Positions 17,148 to 26,824 of a stretch of 64,000 nucleotides of DNA are shown here, piece after piece. Source of the stretch: Bacteroidota bacterium (lineage in GTDB: Bacteria; Bacteroidota; Ignavibacteria; UBA10030; SZUA-254); the NCBI GenBank assembly GCA_020056225.1, contig JAGVIE010000048.1:101352-165351 (forward strand), read 5' to 3'. Each line of letters opens with the position of its first letter. Within the stretch, counting starts at the first letter, position 1. The notes below the pieces were generated by a model, which was given only the letters and a program-made list of their open reading frames with translations, did no database searches and was not told the origin of the DNA. Position numbers and translations under genes: made by a program.

Positions 17148-19835
17148 TTACGGATGCCACCAATACGTTAACTTAATTAACAACACGTCTTCGTGTAATG
17201 GGGTTGAAACAAGATTATTGAGATCGCGATGGAGATTGAAATCGCCGTAGCTGGCATAATCCGATCCACCGTGCGTCCAAACAAAGAACATAGTCGATCC
17301 CGGTAAATATTCCCAGCGAAGAATAACATTACCGCGTAGAGAGATATAATTGAAATCAGGTTTGGAGAATGTGAACGGACTATTCGGTCCGGCTCCATCC
17401 GGATCCACGAGATATTCTTGCGAGTTGTCGACATAGGAAATTGTGGAGCCGTCTTCCCCATAACGATTGAATGTAAATGTACCGGGTTGTTTCAATTCTT
17501 TATAGCCGTAGAACTTTCCAGCCGATATCAAGGGTTGCATGTATAATTGTAAGCTCAACGTCGGTGTAAACGTCCAATCCAACCGTACAGAAGCTGCCAA
17601 TTCTGTTTGATCAATTTTTGAGAAGATGTATCGCGCACCGTACGTTGATGATGCTGTGGGATCGGAAACCGTTGTTATGTATTGTGCCATACCAACCGAA
17701 CGCATAAAATACGGACTGACTGTCACATTGATTCCTGCTGACGGTTTGAATCCGATACCCGGGTCGAATTCGACGGTATATGATCCGGACTCGCTCCGTG
17801 AACCATAAACATAGAAACTTCCAGTAACCATTTTGCGTGAATCGGAAGAAAACCCCAAATTGCAACTGTATCCCGGCGTCGTCTTCATCATCGGTCCACC
17901 GCGTGTTCGATACGCATCGACGGATGAAGTAGAATAACTTAAATTCCCATCGATTGACCAGTAATTCATGAATGAACCGTACAAGAACGCCATGTAACCC
18001 TCGGCAATTTTATAGCCGCCGAAATTATAACTTCTGTACGTTGCAATGTTAAACGACTTTGATCTAAATGTTCCGTCCGGTTCATACCATGCATAACCAG
18101 CTACGACATGCCCGTTGAGAATATCGGTCCTTGAATGGTATCCGAGATCGTTCGAATCAAAACCGGGCGATAGCAAGCCGAATGCACTGTTAAACCGGAA
18201 ATTCCCTTGTTGCTTGTTTAATGCAACACGTCCGCCGTACCCTCCAAGCGAACGCGCATTGGCATCGATCGAAACATGGCTGACATCCGGGCGCTGGAAA
18301 TAATGTAAATATGATTGTTGTACATCAGATATCCGACCGGGTGAGCCGGAAATTAACGTCCCCGCCATCCATCCGGTAATAACCCATATTCGACTGGTGT
18401 CCAGATTCGTCCATCCATCGATACCGAAAGCATACGATCCACTATTGAATTGATCGTCGAGGTAATCCTTATCAAGATTGCGCACCACCGCTGTTCCAAT
18501 TATACCCAAACCCTGGCGACCCTTATCATGTTCGTAGAGTGTGCGCACAATCCCATTGTAGGTTAGTGGTTCTACAACATCAGAAAATCTTACACCATCG
18601 CTGTCCGTCTTTGCATACTCAGCCGAGGTCACAGCTTGGATAGTCCCCAATGACCAACCTTCGTCGAGCTTTCCAGTGAGCTTGGCAGCGCCAATGATGT
18701 GACTCCGCTCGGGCATTTTTGTATAACCTGAATGTTGGGGACTGCCATCCGGTGCGCGCCCGATTCGCCGAGTGTAAAGAAAATCCGGTGTACCGAAGTT
18801 GAATCCCCAATTATTATTCGCACCGCCAAATCCATAATTCAAAAAATTGGAACCTTCCACGAAGAACGGCCGTTTCTCCGAGTAGTAAGTTTCATATTGC
18901 GTGAGATTGACACTTGCCGGATCGACTTCAACCTGTCCGAAATCAGGATTGATTGCTGCATTTAAGGTAAGGTTTGTTCCTAATCCCATTTTTATATCAG
19001 CGCCGATATTACCAAAGTAGCTGCTCCGTTTATTCAGTGGATCCGACCCACTATATTGGTTCGTTTGTGTAGTGCTTGTTACCACATAGGGCATAACCTC
19101 CAGACGTGCCGGAGGATGAATATCGCGAATACCGATAAGATCGGCAAACCGTGATACCCAGCCGCTCTCTTTTTTCGGAACCATAACGAAAAAATCTTCT
19201 TCATTATTACGCTCTATTTTTCTCGCAAAGTTGATTCCCCATGTATACTCGTCTTGCTGTGTGAAGCGCAATTGAGAGTAAGGAATTCTCATTTCCACTG
19301 CCCACCCTTTGCTGTTGATTTTTGCCGCAGATTCCCACACACCGTCCCAAGAATCATCGTCCCACTCATCGTTGTACATTGACCCATCGGCGACTGCACC
19401 ACTCGCATAGACACCAAAGAAAACACCGGTCCTCCGGTCATGGTATGAATCAATTCCCAGATAAAACCAATCAGCATTCAAACTTGCATCCCGTCGGGCA
19501 ATGCGATCCACAATCGAATCTGGAGATGAGTCGTACAATTGAGCCGCGACGAATAATGCCTCATCATCGTATGCAACCCATACTTCGGTCTTCTGCGTCG
19601 GCGCAGCGCCTTCTATAGGCTCTCTCTGAGTAAAATCACAAATGCCGGCACGCTGCCATTCGGCTTCAGATAAAATGCCATCAACTAATATATGTTCATG
19701 TAACCGATGCGCCTCGACGGTACGTCGTGGTTGAACTGTTACAGTGTCTTTTAATGATGATGGTGATCCAAGAACTTGTGAGGTAAGAATAAAGAGTGTG
19801 ACCCAAGATGTAATAATCGTCAGCAATATTTTCAT
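17148..19835 (-). CDS. DUF5916 outer-membrane-like protein with an N-terminal CBM9/DOMON-like domain
   Basis: Signal peptide. HILVDGILSEAEWQRAG...FTQREPIEGAAPTQKTEVWVAYDDEALFVAA matches the CBM9-like + DUF5916 architecture as recalled. Aromatic-rich beta-barrel-like remainder. Confidence 0.65.
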   Translation of the reverse strand: MKILLTIITSWVTLFILTSQVLGSPSSLKDTVTVQPRRTVEAHRLHEHILVDGILSEAEWQRAGICDFTQREPIEGAAPTQKTEVWVAYDDEALFVAAQLYDSSPDSIVDRIARRDASLNADWFYLGIDSYHDRRTGVFFGVYASGAVADGSMYNDEWDDDSWDGVWESAAKINSKGWAVEMRIPYSQLRFTQQDEYTWGINFARKIERNNEEDFFVMVPKKESGWVSRFADLIGIRDIHPPARLEVMPYVVTSTTQTNQYSGSDPLNKRSSYFGNIGADIKMGLGTNLTLNAAINPDFGQVEVDPASVNLTQYETYYSEKRPFFVEGSNFLNYGFGGANNNWGFNFGTPDFLYTRRIGRAPDGSPQHSGYTKMPERSHIIGAAKLTGKLDEGWSLGTIQAVTSAEYAKTDSDGVRFSDVVEPLTYNGIVRTLYEHDKGRQGLGIIGTAVVRNLDKDYLDDQFNSGSYAFGIDGWTNLDTSRIWVITGWMAGTLISGSPGRISDVQQSYLHYFQRPDVSHVSIDANARSLGGYGGRVALNKQQGNFRFNSAFGLLSPGFDSNDLGYHSRTDILNGHVVAGYAWYEPDGTFRSKSFNIATYRSYNFGGYKIAEGYMAFLYGSFMNYWSIDGNLSYSTSSVDAYRTRGGPMMKTTPGYSCNLGFSSDSRKMVTGSFYVYGSRSESGSYTVEFDPGIGFKPSAGINVTVSPYFMRSVGMAQYITTVSDPTASSTYGARYIFSKIDQTELAASVRLDWTFTPTLSLQLYMQPLISAGKFYGYKELKQPGTFTFNRYGEDGSTISYVDNSQEYLVDPDGAGPNSPFTFSKPDFNYISLRGNVILRWEYLPGSTMFFVWTHGGSDYASYGDFNLHRDLNNLVSTPLHEDVLLIKLTYWWHP

Positions 19836-19973
19836 TTAGAGGAATCCTTATGTTTATTGTTTTCTAACGATGAAATCACTGAAATGTTGCAAGTTATCGA
19901 ACCGTTTTCAGAATTAATTATTAGACGATTCCAAGACAAAGAAAGTTGACAACTCTTTATCCTCCTACTAATT

Positions 19974-20003
19974 TGTAACATTTGCTGCCCCCCAAGCGTC
20001 TAA
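19974..20003 (+). promoter_or_regulatory. Candidate ECF-type autoregulated promoter (TGTAACA-N16-CGTCTAA)
   Basis: GTAAC-like -35 at 19974-19980 and CGTC-containing -10 at 19997-20003, 23 nt upstream of the ECF sigma start. Confidence 0.45.
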
Positions 20004-20025
20004 CAATTACAAAACAACAAACCCG

Positions 20026-20559
20026 ATGAACGACGAAATAATCCTAATTACTAAAGTCAAGCAGGGTGATCAAAGAGCATTCAAGAAGCTCTATGATCGA
20101 AATGTAGAGCCATTATACCGATTTATGCATCAGTACTCTAAGGATTCAGCACTGATTGAGGATTGGGTACAGCGGGCGTTTATCAAATCGTACAAGAATA
20201 TTGGTGCGTTCAGCGGTACATCACGTTTTTCAACATGGCTTTTCACTATTGCGCTTAACGAAATGAGAACAGATGTCCGCAAACCAAACATCATCATGTT
20301 TAATTCAAACGAACTGGAAAGCTATCCTGCTCTGGAAGAGAACAATACCGGTTTCGAATGGAACGACATCATGAAGTCATGGCTTAGCGACCTTGACGAA
20401 GCAAAGCGGACTGTTTTCGTCTTATTTGAAGTTGAGGGATATTCACATGCTGAAATCGCATCAATTCTAAACATTAACGAGAACCTTTCGCGCACACTTT
20501 TATACAGAACGAAACAATTGCTAAAAACAAAATGGGAATCGATGGAGAAAGCAGTATGA
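20026..20559 (+). CDS. RNA polymerase ECF-type sigma-70 factor
   Basis: Region 2 (DWVQRAFIKSYKNIGAF...FSTWLFTIALN) and region 4 HTH (EGYSHAEIASILNINENLSRTLLYRTKQLL). Confidence 0.85.
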   Translation: MNDEIILITKVKQGDQRAFKKLYDRNVEPLYRFMHQYSKDSALIEDWVQRAFIKSYKNIGAFSGTSRFSTWLFTIALNEMRTDVRKPNIIMFNSNELESYPALEENNTGFEWNDIMKSWLSDLDEAKRTVFVLFEVEGYSHAEIASILNINENLSRTLLYRTKQLLKTKWESMEKAV

Positions 20560-21065
20560 TTACACCAGATAAATTTTACAGCAAAGAATACCACACGACA
20601 CACGATAGCAAAATCCGTATGTGGAAAAATATCAGTAGAGAACTACTTAAAAGAAAAGGATCCTTCCTTCATATCCCGAATAAACGGAGTTTCTTTTATG
20701 GAATAGCGGCATCGTTTATATTGTACTTTACAGCCTTGGGCGTTGTAGGTACAATTAAACAAACAATCGAACAGTCACAACCACAGGTTGTGAAGGTTGA
20801 CAAAGCATATCAATCTGCTATACGCGAATTTGAAAAAATCGCACCTCGAGTTAAATACACTACTGCCGCCAACAGATCAGGGCAAGATTATGCATCGGTA
20901 CGAAAAGAACAACTTGACAATCTTGACGCAACTATCGAAAGCTTGAGGAAAGAAACTCCTTCCGGCGATCTCTCACCTTTGCTCCAGACGCGACTGCGAC
21001 AATTGTACAGCATGAAATTACAGATTCTCCAAGACATGATTGAGAATGGAGAGATAACACTATGA
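20556..21065 (+). CDS. Putative anti-sigma factor (single-pass membrane protein)
   Basis: ATGA overlap with the sigma stop. One TM helix (FFYGIAASFILYFTALGVVGTI). Position after an ECF sigma gene. Confidence 0.5.
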   Translation: MITPDKFYSKEYHTTHDSKIRMWKNISRELLKRKGSFLHIPNKRSFFYGIAASFILYFTALGVVGTIKQTIEQSQPQVVKVDKAYQSAIREFEKIAPRVKYTTAANRSGQDYASVRKEQLDNLDATIESLRKETPSGDLSPLLQTRLRQLYSMKLQILQDMIENGEITL

Positions 21066-22453
21066 AACGATATTCATTACTATTTGCATGTTTGCTACTT
21101 GTTCTTCCGGCGCTATCAGAACAAAAGACTACCCTCGAAAAACGTATCCCCACAATTGCTTCTCAGCGAATTGAAATAGACGGATTCTCAAGCACCGATA
21201 TATCTTTTAAATCCTGGGATAAGAATGAAGTGTACATTAAACTCGATATCAGCATCTCATCATCTGATGATGATTATGAGAAAAAGTTTATCTCTTCTGC
21301 GAAGATAACTGAATTGCAAATCCCATCAGGGTTGCGTTTGCAATTTGAACGGATAAGAGAAAGCACGGATGGCTGGTCATTACTTAAATCAATTTTCAAA
21401 GGACGATTTTACACTAAAACAGAAATCACAGGCGAAATCTACGTCCCGCGATCGAATCCACTTTCAACCGACTTGAAGTATGGAACGATCTCGCTTGAAA
21501 ACATGAACGGCGAAATCAGTTTAAACGGGAAAAGTAATTCCCTTATACTGCGGAATTGTTCTTCCATTGCGCGCGTTGAAAATGATTACGGCACAACCCT
21601 TATTGAAAATTCTGGGGGTAACCTCGATCTTAACGCAACAAGTTCCACAGTAACGATAAATGAATTTAACGGTCCGGTGAAAATCGATGCTAACTATTCT
21701 ACAGTCACTGTAAATCGAGTAAGCAAGAATATTGCCATCAATGATAAGAGCGGAAAACTCGATATCGAGGATATTTCCGGCGATGCAAAAATCGACGCGG
21801 ATTATTCCACCATCACACTCAACAACATCAAAGGTTTTGCCGATATATCATCGAAGAGTGCCACCATTCGTGTACGCTCTGTCGATGCAATCCAGGTCAG
21901 AGCAAATTACAGCACTGTAAAAATTAACGATGTCAAGGGAATTCCCGGAAAGCCGATCATAGTCATTGGACAATCGGGAACTCTTATGTTAGAAGATGCA
22001 ACCGGCAACGTCCAAATCGATAATCCTTATTCTAGTATTGATCTTGCAAGAATTAAAGGCAACATAACTATTGATTCCAAAAGTGCTACGATCTATGCTG
22101 ACGACATACAGGGAGACTGGAATTCGCGGACTGAATATTCAAGCGTGACGGTGCATCGCATTACCGCTAATGTTGTGAAGGCAACGAATAAAAGCAATCC
22201 GGTATCTGTTCAATTGAAAAATGTTCCTTCAAGTATAGATATCCAGAATGAATATGGCAACGTTACTGTTCATATGCCTACTGGATTCAGCGGTGATATT
22301 GACATGTATGCTGAATATGGAACGGTAGATACGAATTTCCCTATCAAGCATAAGTCTGGCCGCAAATCATCTTACACTGCAAAAGTGGGATCAGGGAATG
22401 GTTCTATCACAATCGAAACGAAGTCAGCAAACATCGAACTGATCGAAGAATAG
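21062..22453 (+). CDS. DUF4097-type putative adhesin (beta-helix repeats)
   Basis: ATGA overlap with the upstream gene. Signal peptide. More than 10 iterations of '..YSTVT.N...G...I......I.....' repeats typical of DUF4097. Confidence 0.65.
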   Translation: MKRYSLLFACLLLVLPALSEQKTTLEKRIPTIASQRIEIDGFSSTDISFKSWDKNEVYIKLDISISSSDDDYEKKFISSAKITELQIPSGLRLQFERIRESTDGWSLLKSIFKGRFYTKTEITGEIYVPRSNPLSTDLKYGTISLENMNGEISLNGKSNSLILRNCSSIARVENDYGTTLIENSGGNLDLNATSSTVTINEFNGPVKIDANYSTVTVNRVSKNIAINDKSGKLDIEDISGDAKIDADYSTITLNNIKGFADISSKSATIRVRSVDAIQVRANYSTVKINDVKGIPGKPIIVIGQSGTLMLEDATGNVQIDNPYSSIDLARIKGNITIDSKSATIYADDIQGDWNSRTEYSSVTVHRITANVVKATNKSNPVSVQLKNVPSSIDIQNEYGNVTVHMPTGFSGDIDMYAEYGTVDTNFPIKHKSGRKSSYTAKVGSGNGSITIETKSANIELIEE

Positions 22454-22475
22454 AAAACTAAGTTATAAAAACACA

Positions 22476-22510
22476 AAACCCCGTCCCGAAAGAATCGGTG
22501 CGGGGTTTGT
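22476..22510. terminator. Bidirectional rho-independent terminator
   Basis: AAAACCCCG...CGGGGTTTGTT between the convergent DUF4097 and csp genes. Confidence 0.8.
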
Positions 22511-22537
22511 TGTTAAACGAATCAATACTATCGAGTT

Positions 22538-22741
22538 TTATCTGTCAAGTGATACGTTCGCAGCTTGAAGTCCTTTCGGACCGCGCTCTACCTCGAATTC
22601 GACTTTGTCGCCTTCTTCGAGATTTTTATATCCATCACCTGCGATTGCTTTGAAGTGAACGAATACATCTTCGCCGCCACTGCGTGATATGAAGCCGTAA
22701 CCTTTGGCTCCGTTAAACCATTTGACTGTTCCTTTTTCCAT
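22538..22741 (-). CDS. Cold-shock protein, CspA family
   Basis: [15 protein letters not shown] (RNP1) and DVFVHF (RNP2). 67 aa. Long upstream untranslated region, as usual for csp genes. Confidence 0.95.
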   Translation of the reverse strand: MEKGTVKWFNGAKGYGFISRSGGEDVFVHFKAIAGDGYKNLEEGDKVEFEVERGPKGLQAANVSLDR

Positions 22742-23128
22742 GGAACTATCCTTTCTTTGCTCCGCTTTTCGCGGAACGTATGTATTTTGTAAAAGTGTAC
22801 GCCGAAAACTGTGGTTCTATGATCTGTATGCTGCATATAGATTATTCGTTGCTGTAATTACGAATGCTGGCGACTTTTACCTTGAAAGGTACAACTGGTA
22901 CATCAGCAGGTGCTAAAAGCGTGCGAATACTGCAATAAACGTGGTCAGTAAAACGATCCCTGAGGGATTTTCTAACGGTGTACTGTTATTTTGACTATTT
23001 AACATACATATAATCTAAGCCAATAGCAAGAATTATAAATTGAACGTGATGTTCCACATTAAACTGCTTGGATGTTCTCTATAATTAAGACTATCGAAGC
23101 GGCTGACACGTTAGTAACATAATCATAA

Positions 23129-23255
23129 AGACTTCTGAAAAATCCTATTACTTGTCACCCTGAACGAAGTGAAGGGTCTATTATCCTTTAGAATTGAGAT
23201 GTTCCTCCCGCTTTCAGCGGGATCAACATGACATAAAAGAATAATACAGAAGTCT
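23129..23255. repeat. 127-bp MITE-like composite of two hairpin modules bounded by 9-bp inverted repeats
   Basis: AGACTTCTG (23129-23137) / CAGAAGTCT (23247-23255). Internal modules GTCACCCTGAACGAAGTGAAGGGTC (23154-23178) and TCCCGC-tttca-GCGGGA (23206-23222). Confidence 0.45.
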
Positions 23256-23402
23256 CTCATAGTAAATCAATGAATTGCAGATATTGGAATGCCCGCTTCA
23301 GCAACGGAACGTATTTAACCCAATGAATGTTATAAACGTATAAGATAATCGACTTTTTATTTAACTAACAATCTTTTTAAGTATTTCACAAAGGGATAAA
23401 TC

Positions 23403-23720
23403 ATGAATAAACGAATATATGTGACAGGGCTTGTTATAGTTATTGCCATGGCTTTCGCAACGCTGACGTTTGCACAGGAGAGCACACAAAAAGAAATGAA
23501 GAAGGACGATAAGATGGAGATGACTAAAGCTGAAAAGACAATGGGTCCATTGAAATCCATCTCATGCGATCCGGGATGTGGATTTATGATCCAAAGTCGC
23601 GATGAAAAAGAAGTTCTATCTGTGACAAGAAACCACGCTAAGAAAGTTCATCACATGGATGTCACTGAAAAAAAAGCCGGGGAGATGATGAAAACAGTTC
23701 AGACGCCCGGTGGTAAATAA
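23403..23720 (+). CDS. DUF1059-like small protein with signal peptide
   Basis: C-terminal half CDPGCGFMIQSRDEKEVLSVTRNHAKKVHHMD matches the DUF1059 pattern. N-terminal signal peptide. Confidence 0.6.
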   Translation: MNKRIYVTGLVIVIAMAFATLTFAQESTQKEMKKDDKMEMTKAEKTMGPLKSISCDPGCGFMIQSRDEKEVLSVTRNHAKKVHHMDVTEKKAGEMMKTVQTPGGK

Positions 23721-23749
23721 ATTTATTTTTCATGCTGATACACGCTTGA

Positions 23750-23776
23750 CCCCGTTTTAATCGACGGGGTTTTTTG
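23750..23776 (+). terminator. Rho-independent terminator
   Basis: CCCCGT / ACGGGG stem followed by TTTTTT. Confidence 0.8.
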
Positions 23777-23899
23777 TTATTACTATTTGATAGAATATTT
23801 AATTTGAGTGCAACAAATTTTTATTTATGCGTATACAAAATATAGTTGACTCGGAACATCTTGTTACCGAGGGAAATAAAAATCTCAATATCATTTATC

Positions 23900-24361
23900 A
23901 TGGAAGATGTTATGAATACTCATAGAACTATTTTGTTGTCGTTAGTAGGCGCTTGCTTGCTCTTTGTCAGCACCGGATTTGCCGGGAATCCGTTAATCCC
24001 CGATAAACCTTTCCGTGAAGAACAACTCAAAACGATCGAGCAGAATTTAGTTATCGGTTTGAATAGCGGAATATCCAGTTTGCAGGCATCTGCCGCGATT
24101 GTGCTGAAACAGGTTAAATTATATGCACCTGAATATGATTTTCCTGAAGCGATTATACCTCTGATGCGCATAGTAAAGGATGAGAATCAGGATGTCACAA
24201 CACGAATTGCGGCGGCAGTTGTACTTCATGAGCTCCGCTCGGATCGTGGTGATTATGCTATCAAAGGCACCGCACAATTCACTGAAGTTGATCGTGTAAA
24301 AAGGATATGCTCTCTACTCGTGTATTACAGGTTAAAGGAGATTCAATCAGACCACCAGTAG
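23900..24361 (+). CDS. Hypothetical secreted helical (HEAT-like) protein
   Basis: The ATGs at 23900/23912 precede a signal peptide (ILLSLVGACLLFVSTGFAG). The ORF-track start at 23846 is probably too early. Confidence 0.45.
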   Translation: MEDVMNTHRTILLSLVGACLLFVSTGFAGNPLIPDKPFREEQLKTIEQNLVIGLNSGISSLQASAAIVLKQVKLYAPEYDFPEAIIPLMRIVKDENQDVTTRIAAAVVLHELRSDRGDYAIKGTAQFTEVDRVKRICSLLVYYRLKEIQSDHQ

Positions 24362-24385
24362 TACCGCTATTATTAATTATACAAG

Positions 24386-24419
24386 AAGGACAAGCAGTAT
24401 GCTTGTCCTTTTCTTTTTT
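24386..24419 (+). terminator. Rho-independent terminator
   Basis: AAGGACAAGC / GCTTGTCCTT 10-bp stem followed by a T-run. Confidence 0.85.
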
Positions 24420-24568
24420 GGGATTTTTCAAATCTTCGAGATATTCAATCTGTCAATTACAATGGTATTATAGCAACAATTATTACAACGGGCACGTTTC
24501 CGTTGACATATTTGTTGTATCAATAAGAATATTAACCTCCTTTACTCATTATAAATGGGCTTGTTTAT

Positions 24569-25225
24569 ATGAAATCGATTATAGCTTTTATGATCTTGTT
24601 CATTCTAAGTATGAGCACAGCATTATCAGTCACTCATACGATAATTAATTCCAGTTTCACATTCAGTCCTAATGCTCTCACGATTACTCAGGGTGACACC
24701 GTTAATTTTGTACTTGCTTCGATTCACGATGCGGTTGAAGTATCTCAGGCGACATGGAACGCAAACGGAACGACATCAAACGGCGGATTCCAGGTGCCAT
24801 TCGGCGGAGGGATGGTTGCTTCTCTCGCATCCGGAACTCATTACTACGTTTGCACCAATCATGTTCTATCCGGCATGAAAGGAACCATAACAGTAAATCC
24901 GGTCACAAGTGTTCAGATCATCGAAAACAATGTACCATCATCATTTAAGTTGAATCAAAATTTCCCCAATCCATTCAATCCCGCTACTTCGATAAGCTTT
25001 AGCATTCCGCGATCTAGTTTTATTACATTGAAAGTTTTTAATATAATTGGTGAGGAAATACAAACTCTCATCGAGGGCGAACTCGATCCCGGTAGTTATA
25101 AAACAGGGTGGGATGGAAGTAAACAATCGAGCGGGATGTATTTTTATCAGTTAAAAGTCTTCGATTCACAGGGTAGTGGGGAGCAATTATTTGTAGAGAC
25201 AAAAAGACTGCTTTTATTGAAATAA
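24569..25225 (+). CDS. Cupredoxin (plastocyanin/azurin-like blue copper protein) with a T9SS C-terminal sorting domain
   Basis: Type-1 Cu ligand spacing C-x2-H-x4-M (CTNHVLSGM) plus an upstream His (ASIHDAVEV). LNQNFPNPFNPATSISFSIP CTD. Signal peptide. Confidence 0.7.
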   Translation: MKSIIAFMILFILSMSTALSVTHTIINSSFTFSPNALTITQGDTVNFVLASIHDAVEVSQATWNANGTTSNGGFQVPFGGGMVASLASGTHYYVCTNHVLSGMKGTITVNPVTSVQIIENNVPSSFKLNQNFPNPFNPATSISFSIPRSSFITLKVFNIIGEEIQTLIEGELDPGSYKTGWDGSKQSSGMYFYQLKVFDSQGSGEQLFVETKRLLLLK

Positions 25226-25320
25226 ATTCCTCAATTGTACGCATTACATCTCAATCGGGCTTATTGTGTCAGCAGTAAGCTCGTTTTGTTATAACCACCA
25301 AATATTCCATTCTCACTGAT

Positions 25321-25349
25321 TTGATTTTCATACCGTTAATCCGTACAAT
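25321..25349 (+). promoter_or_regulatory. Candidate promoter TTGATT-17-TACAAT
   Basis: TTGATT 25321-25326, TACAAT 25344-25349, about 100 nt before the peptidase gene. Confidence 0.45.
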
Positions 25350-25451
25350 AACATCACCTTGTGTGTTATCGATCTTCATCAACGATCAATTGACTGCTTA
25401 AATTTAATTAGCAATACGTTCATTATAAACAATCCATGAAAGGAATTTCAA

Positions 25452-26687
25452 ATGAAGAGATTGTATCCACTAATAATTCTCATCGGATTTGTTCTTGCGC
25501 TCCCCTTATCCGGCTTCGCACAAGTAGAGCGAAGGGATAAAGCTGTTTTGATTGATTTAAAAAATGAATTCTGGGATTCAGTCAAAACAACCATCGACAA
25601 ATTCAACAAAAAAGAAGAACCGCCAAAGAAAGCGTTCAAGCTCGACTTCAGTACAATAAAAGGACCAGGTTCACCGTCAGACTTCACTCAATATTGGCAC
25701 TTCCCTCCTATCTCACAAGCATCCACGAATACTTGCTGGTGTTTCTCTACGACATCATTCTTCGAATCTGAGATTTACCGTCTTACAAAACGGAAAATAA
25801 AACTATCGGAAATGTTCACCGTTTATTGGGAATATATTGAAAAAGCTCGTCGATTTGTACAAGAGAAAGGAAACTCTGCATTTGCCGAAGGATCTGAATC
25901 GAATGCTGTTTCGAGAATGTGGAAGATGTACGGCATCGTCCCTGAGGATGCATATACAGGAATGAAGCTCGGACAAATTTTTCACGACCACAGTAAGATG
26001 TACAATGAATTGAATGCATATCTCCAATCAGTTAAAGCGGCGAACAACTGGAACGAAGACGCAACTCTCTCGACGATTAAAACGATCATGAATTCTTATA
26101 TCGGCGAGCCGCCGAAGAGTGTTAAAGTTGACGGCAAACAGATGACACCGAAAGAATATTTCGAGAAAGTAGTTAAGCTCAACGTTGACGATTATATCGA
26201 GCTTATGTCGTTGATGGAAAAACCGTATTACCAATTCGTTGAATACGAAGTTCCTGACAACTGGTGGCATAGTAAAGATTATTATAATGTACCGCTCGAT
26301 GTTTTCATGTCGTCTCTGAAAAAAGCTGTACGAAATGTTTACTCAGTTTGCATTGGCGGCGATGTTTCCGAGCCGGGGATCGATGGACATGCTGGGATGG
26401 CAGTTGTTCCAAGCTTTGACATTCCTTCGGCTTATATTGATGAGAATGCACGCCAGATGCGTTTTAGCAACGGCGCAACGGGCGACGATCATGGGATTCA
26501 TCTCGTCGGTTACAAAGAGATGGATGGAAAAGACTGGTACTTGATAAAAGATTCCGGTTCGGGTTCTCGTAACAATACTCATCCTGGTTACTATTTCTAC
26601 CATGAAGATTTCGTGAAATTGAAGATGCTCGGATTCATGGTGCATAAGGATGCAGTAAAGGATTTGGTCAAAATTACAAATAAATAA
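25452..26687 (+). CDS. Papain-family (C1) cysteine peptidase, aminopeptidase C/bleomycin-hydrolase-like
   Basis: Signal peptide. Catalytic-Cys motif QASTNTCWCFS. His region DDHGIHLVGY. Confidence 0.7.
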   Translation: MKRLYPLIILIGFVLALPLSGFAQVERRDKAVLIDLKNEFWDSVKTTIDKFNKKEEPPKKAFKLDFSTIKGPGSPSDFTQYWHFPPISQASTNTCWCFSTTSFFESEIYRLTKRKIKLSEMFTVYWEYIEKARRFVQEKGNSAFAEGSESNAVSRMWKMYGIVPEDAYTGMKLGQIFHDHSKMYNELNAYLQSVKAANNWNEDATLSTIKTIMNSYIGEPPKSVKVDGKQMTPKEYFEKVVKLNVDDYIELMSLMEKPYYQFVEYEVPDNWWHSKDYYNVPLDVFMSSLKKAVRNVYSVCIGGDVSEPGIDGHAGMAVVPSFDIPSAYIDENARQMRFSNGATGDDHGIHLVGYKEMDGKDWYLIKDSGSGSRNNTHPGYYFYHEDFVKLKMLGFMVHKDAVKDLVKITNK

Positions 26688-26700
26688 AACTGAACAAGAT

Positions 26701-26735
26701 GGAGTACATCAATAATTGGTGTACTCCAATTTCTT
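26701..26735 (+). terminator. Rho-independent terminator
   Basis: GGAGTACA / TGTACTCC perfect 8-bp stem (26701-26727) followed by a T-rich tail. Confidence 0.6.
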
Positions 26736-26824
26736 CATACCAACATTCCGAACGAAACACCTCCCCTACCCAGCCGTATACTCTCGTCAGAATTATTCTC
26801 ATCACTTCATAATTGGAGTTCTCT

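Noticed and set aside
19322-19618. 98-aa His/Arg/Pro-rich plus-strand ORF
   Set aside because: Antisense to the DUF5916 gene. The composition is typical of an out-of-frame reading of a coding region.
22965-22977. 13-bp perfect palindrome ATCCCTGAGGGAT as a terminator or operator upstream of csp
   Set aside because: The loop is too short for a stable terminator hairpin. It is a single occurrence with no supporting context, so it is noted only as a possible protein-binding site.
24307-24648. 113-aa plus-strand ORF
   Set aside because: It runs across the stop codon and the strong terminator of the preceding gene (24386-24419) and into the start of the cupredoxin gene. This is incompatible with those better-supported features.
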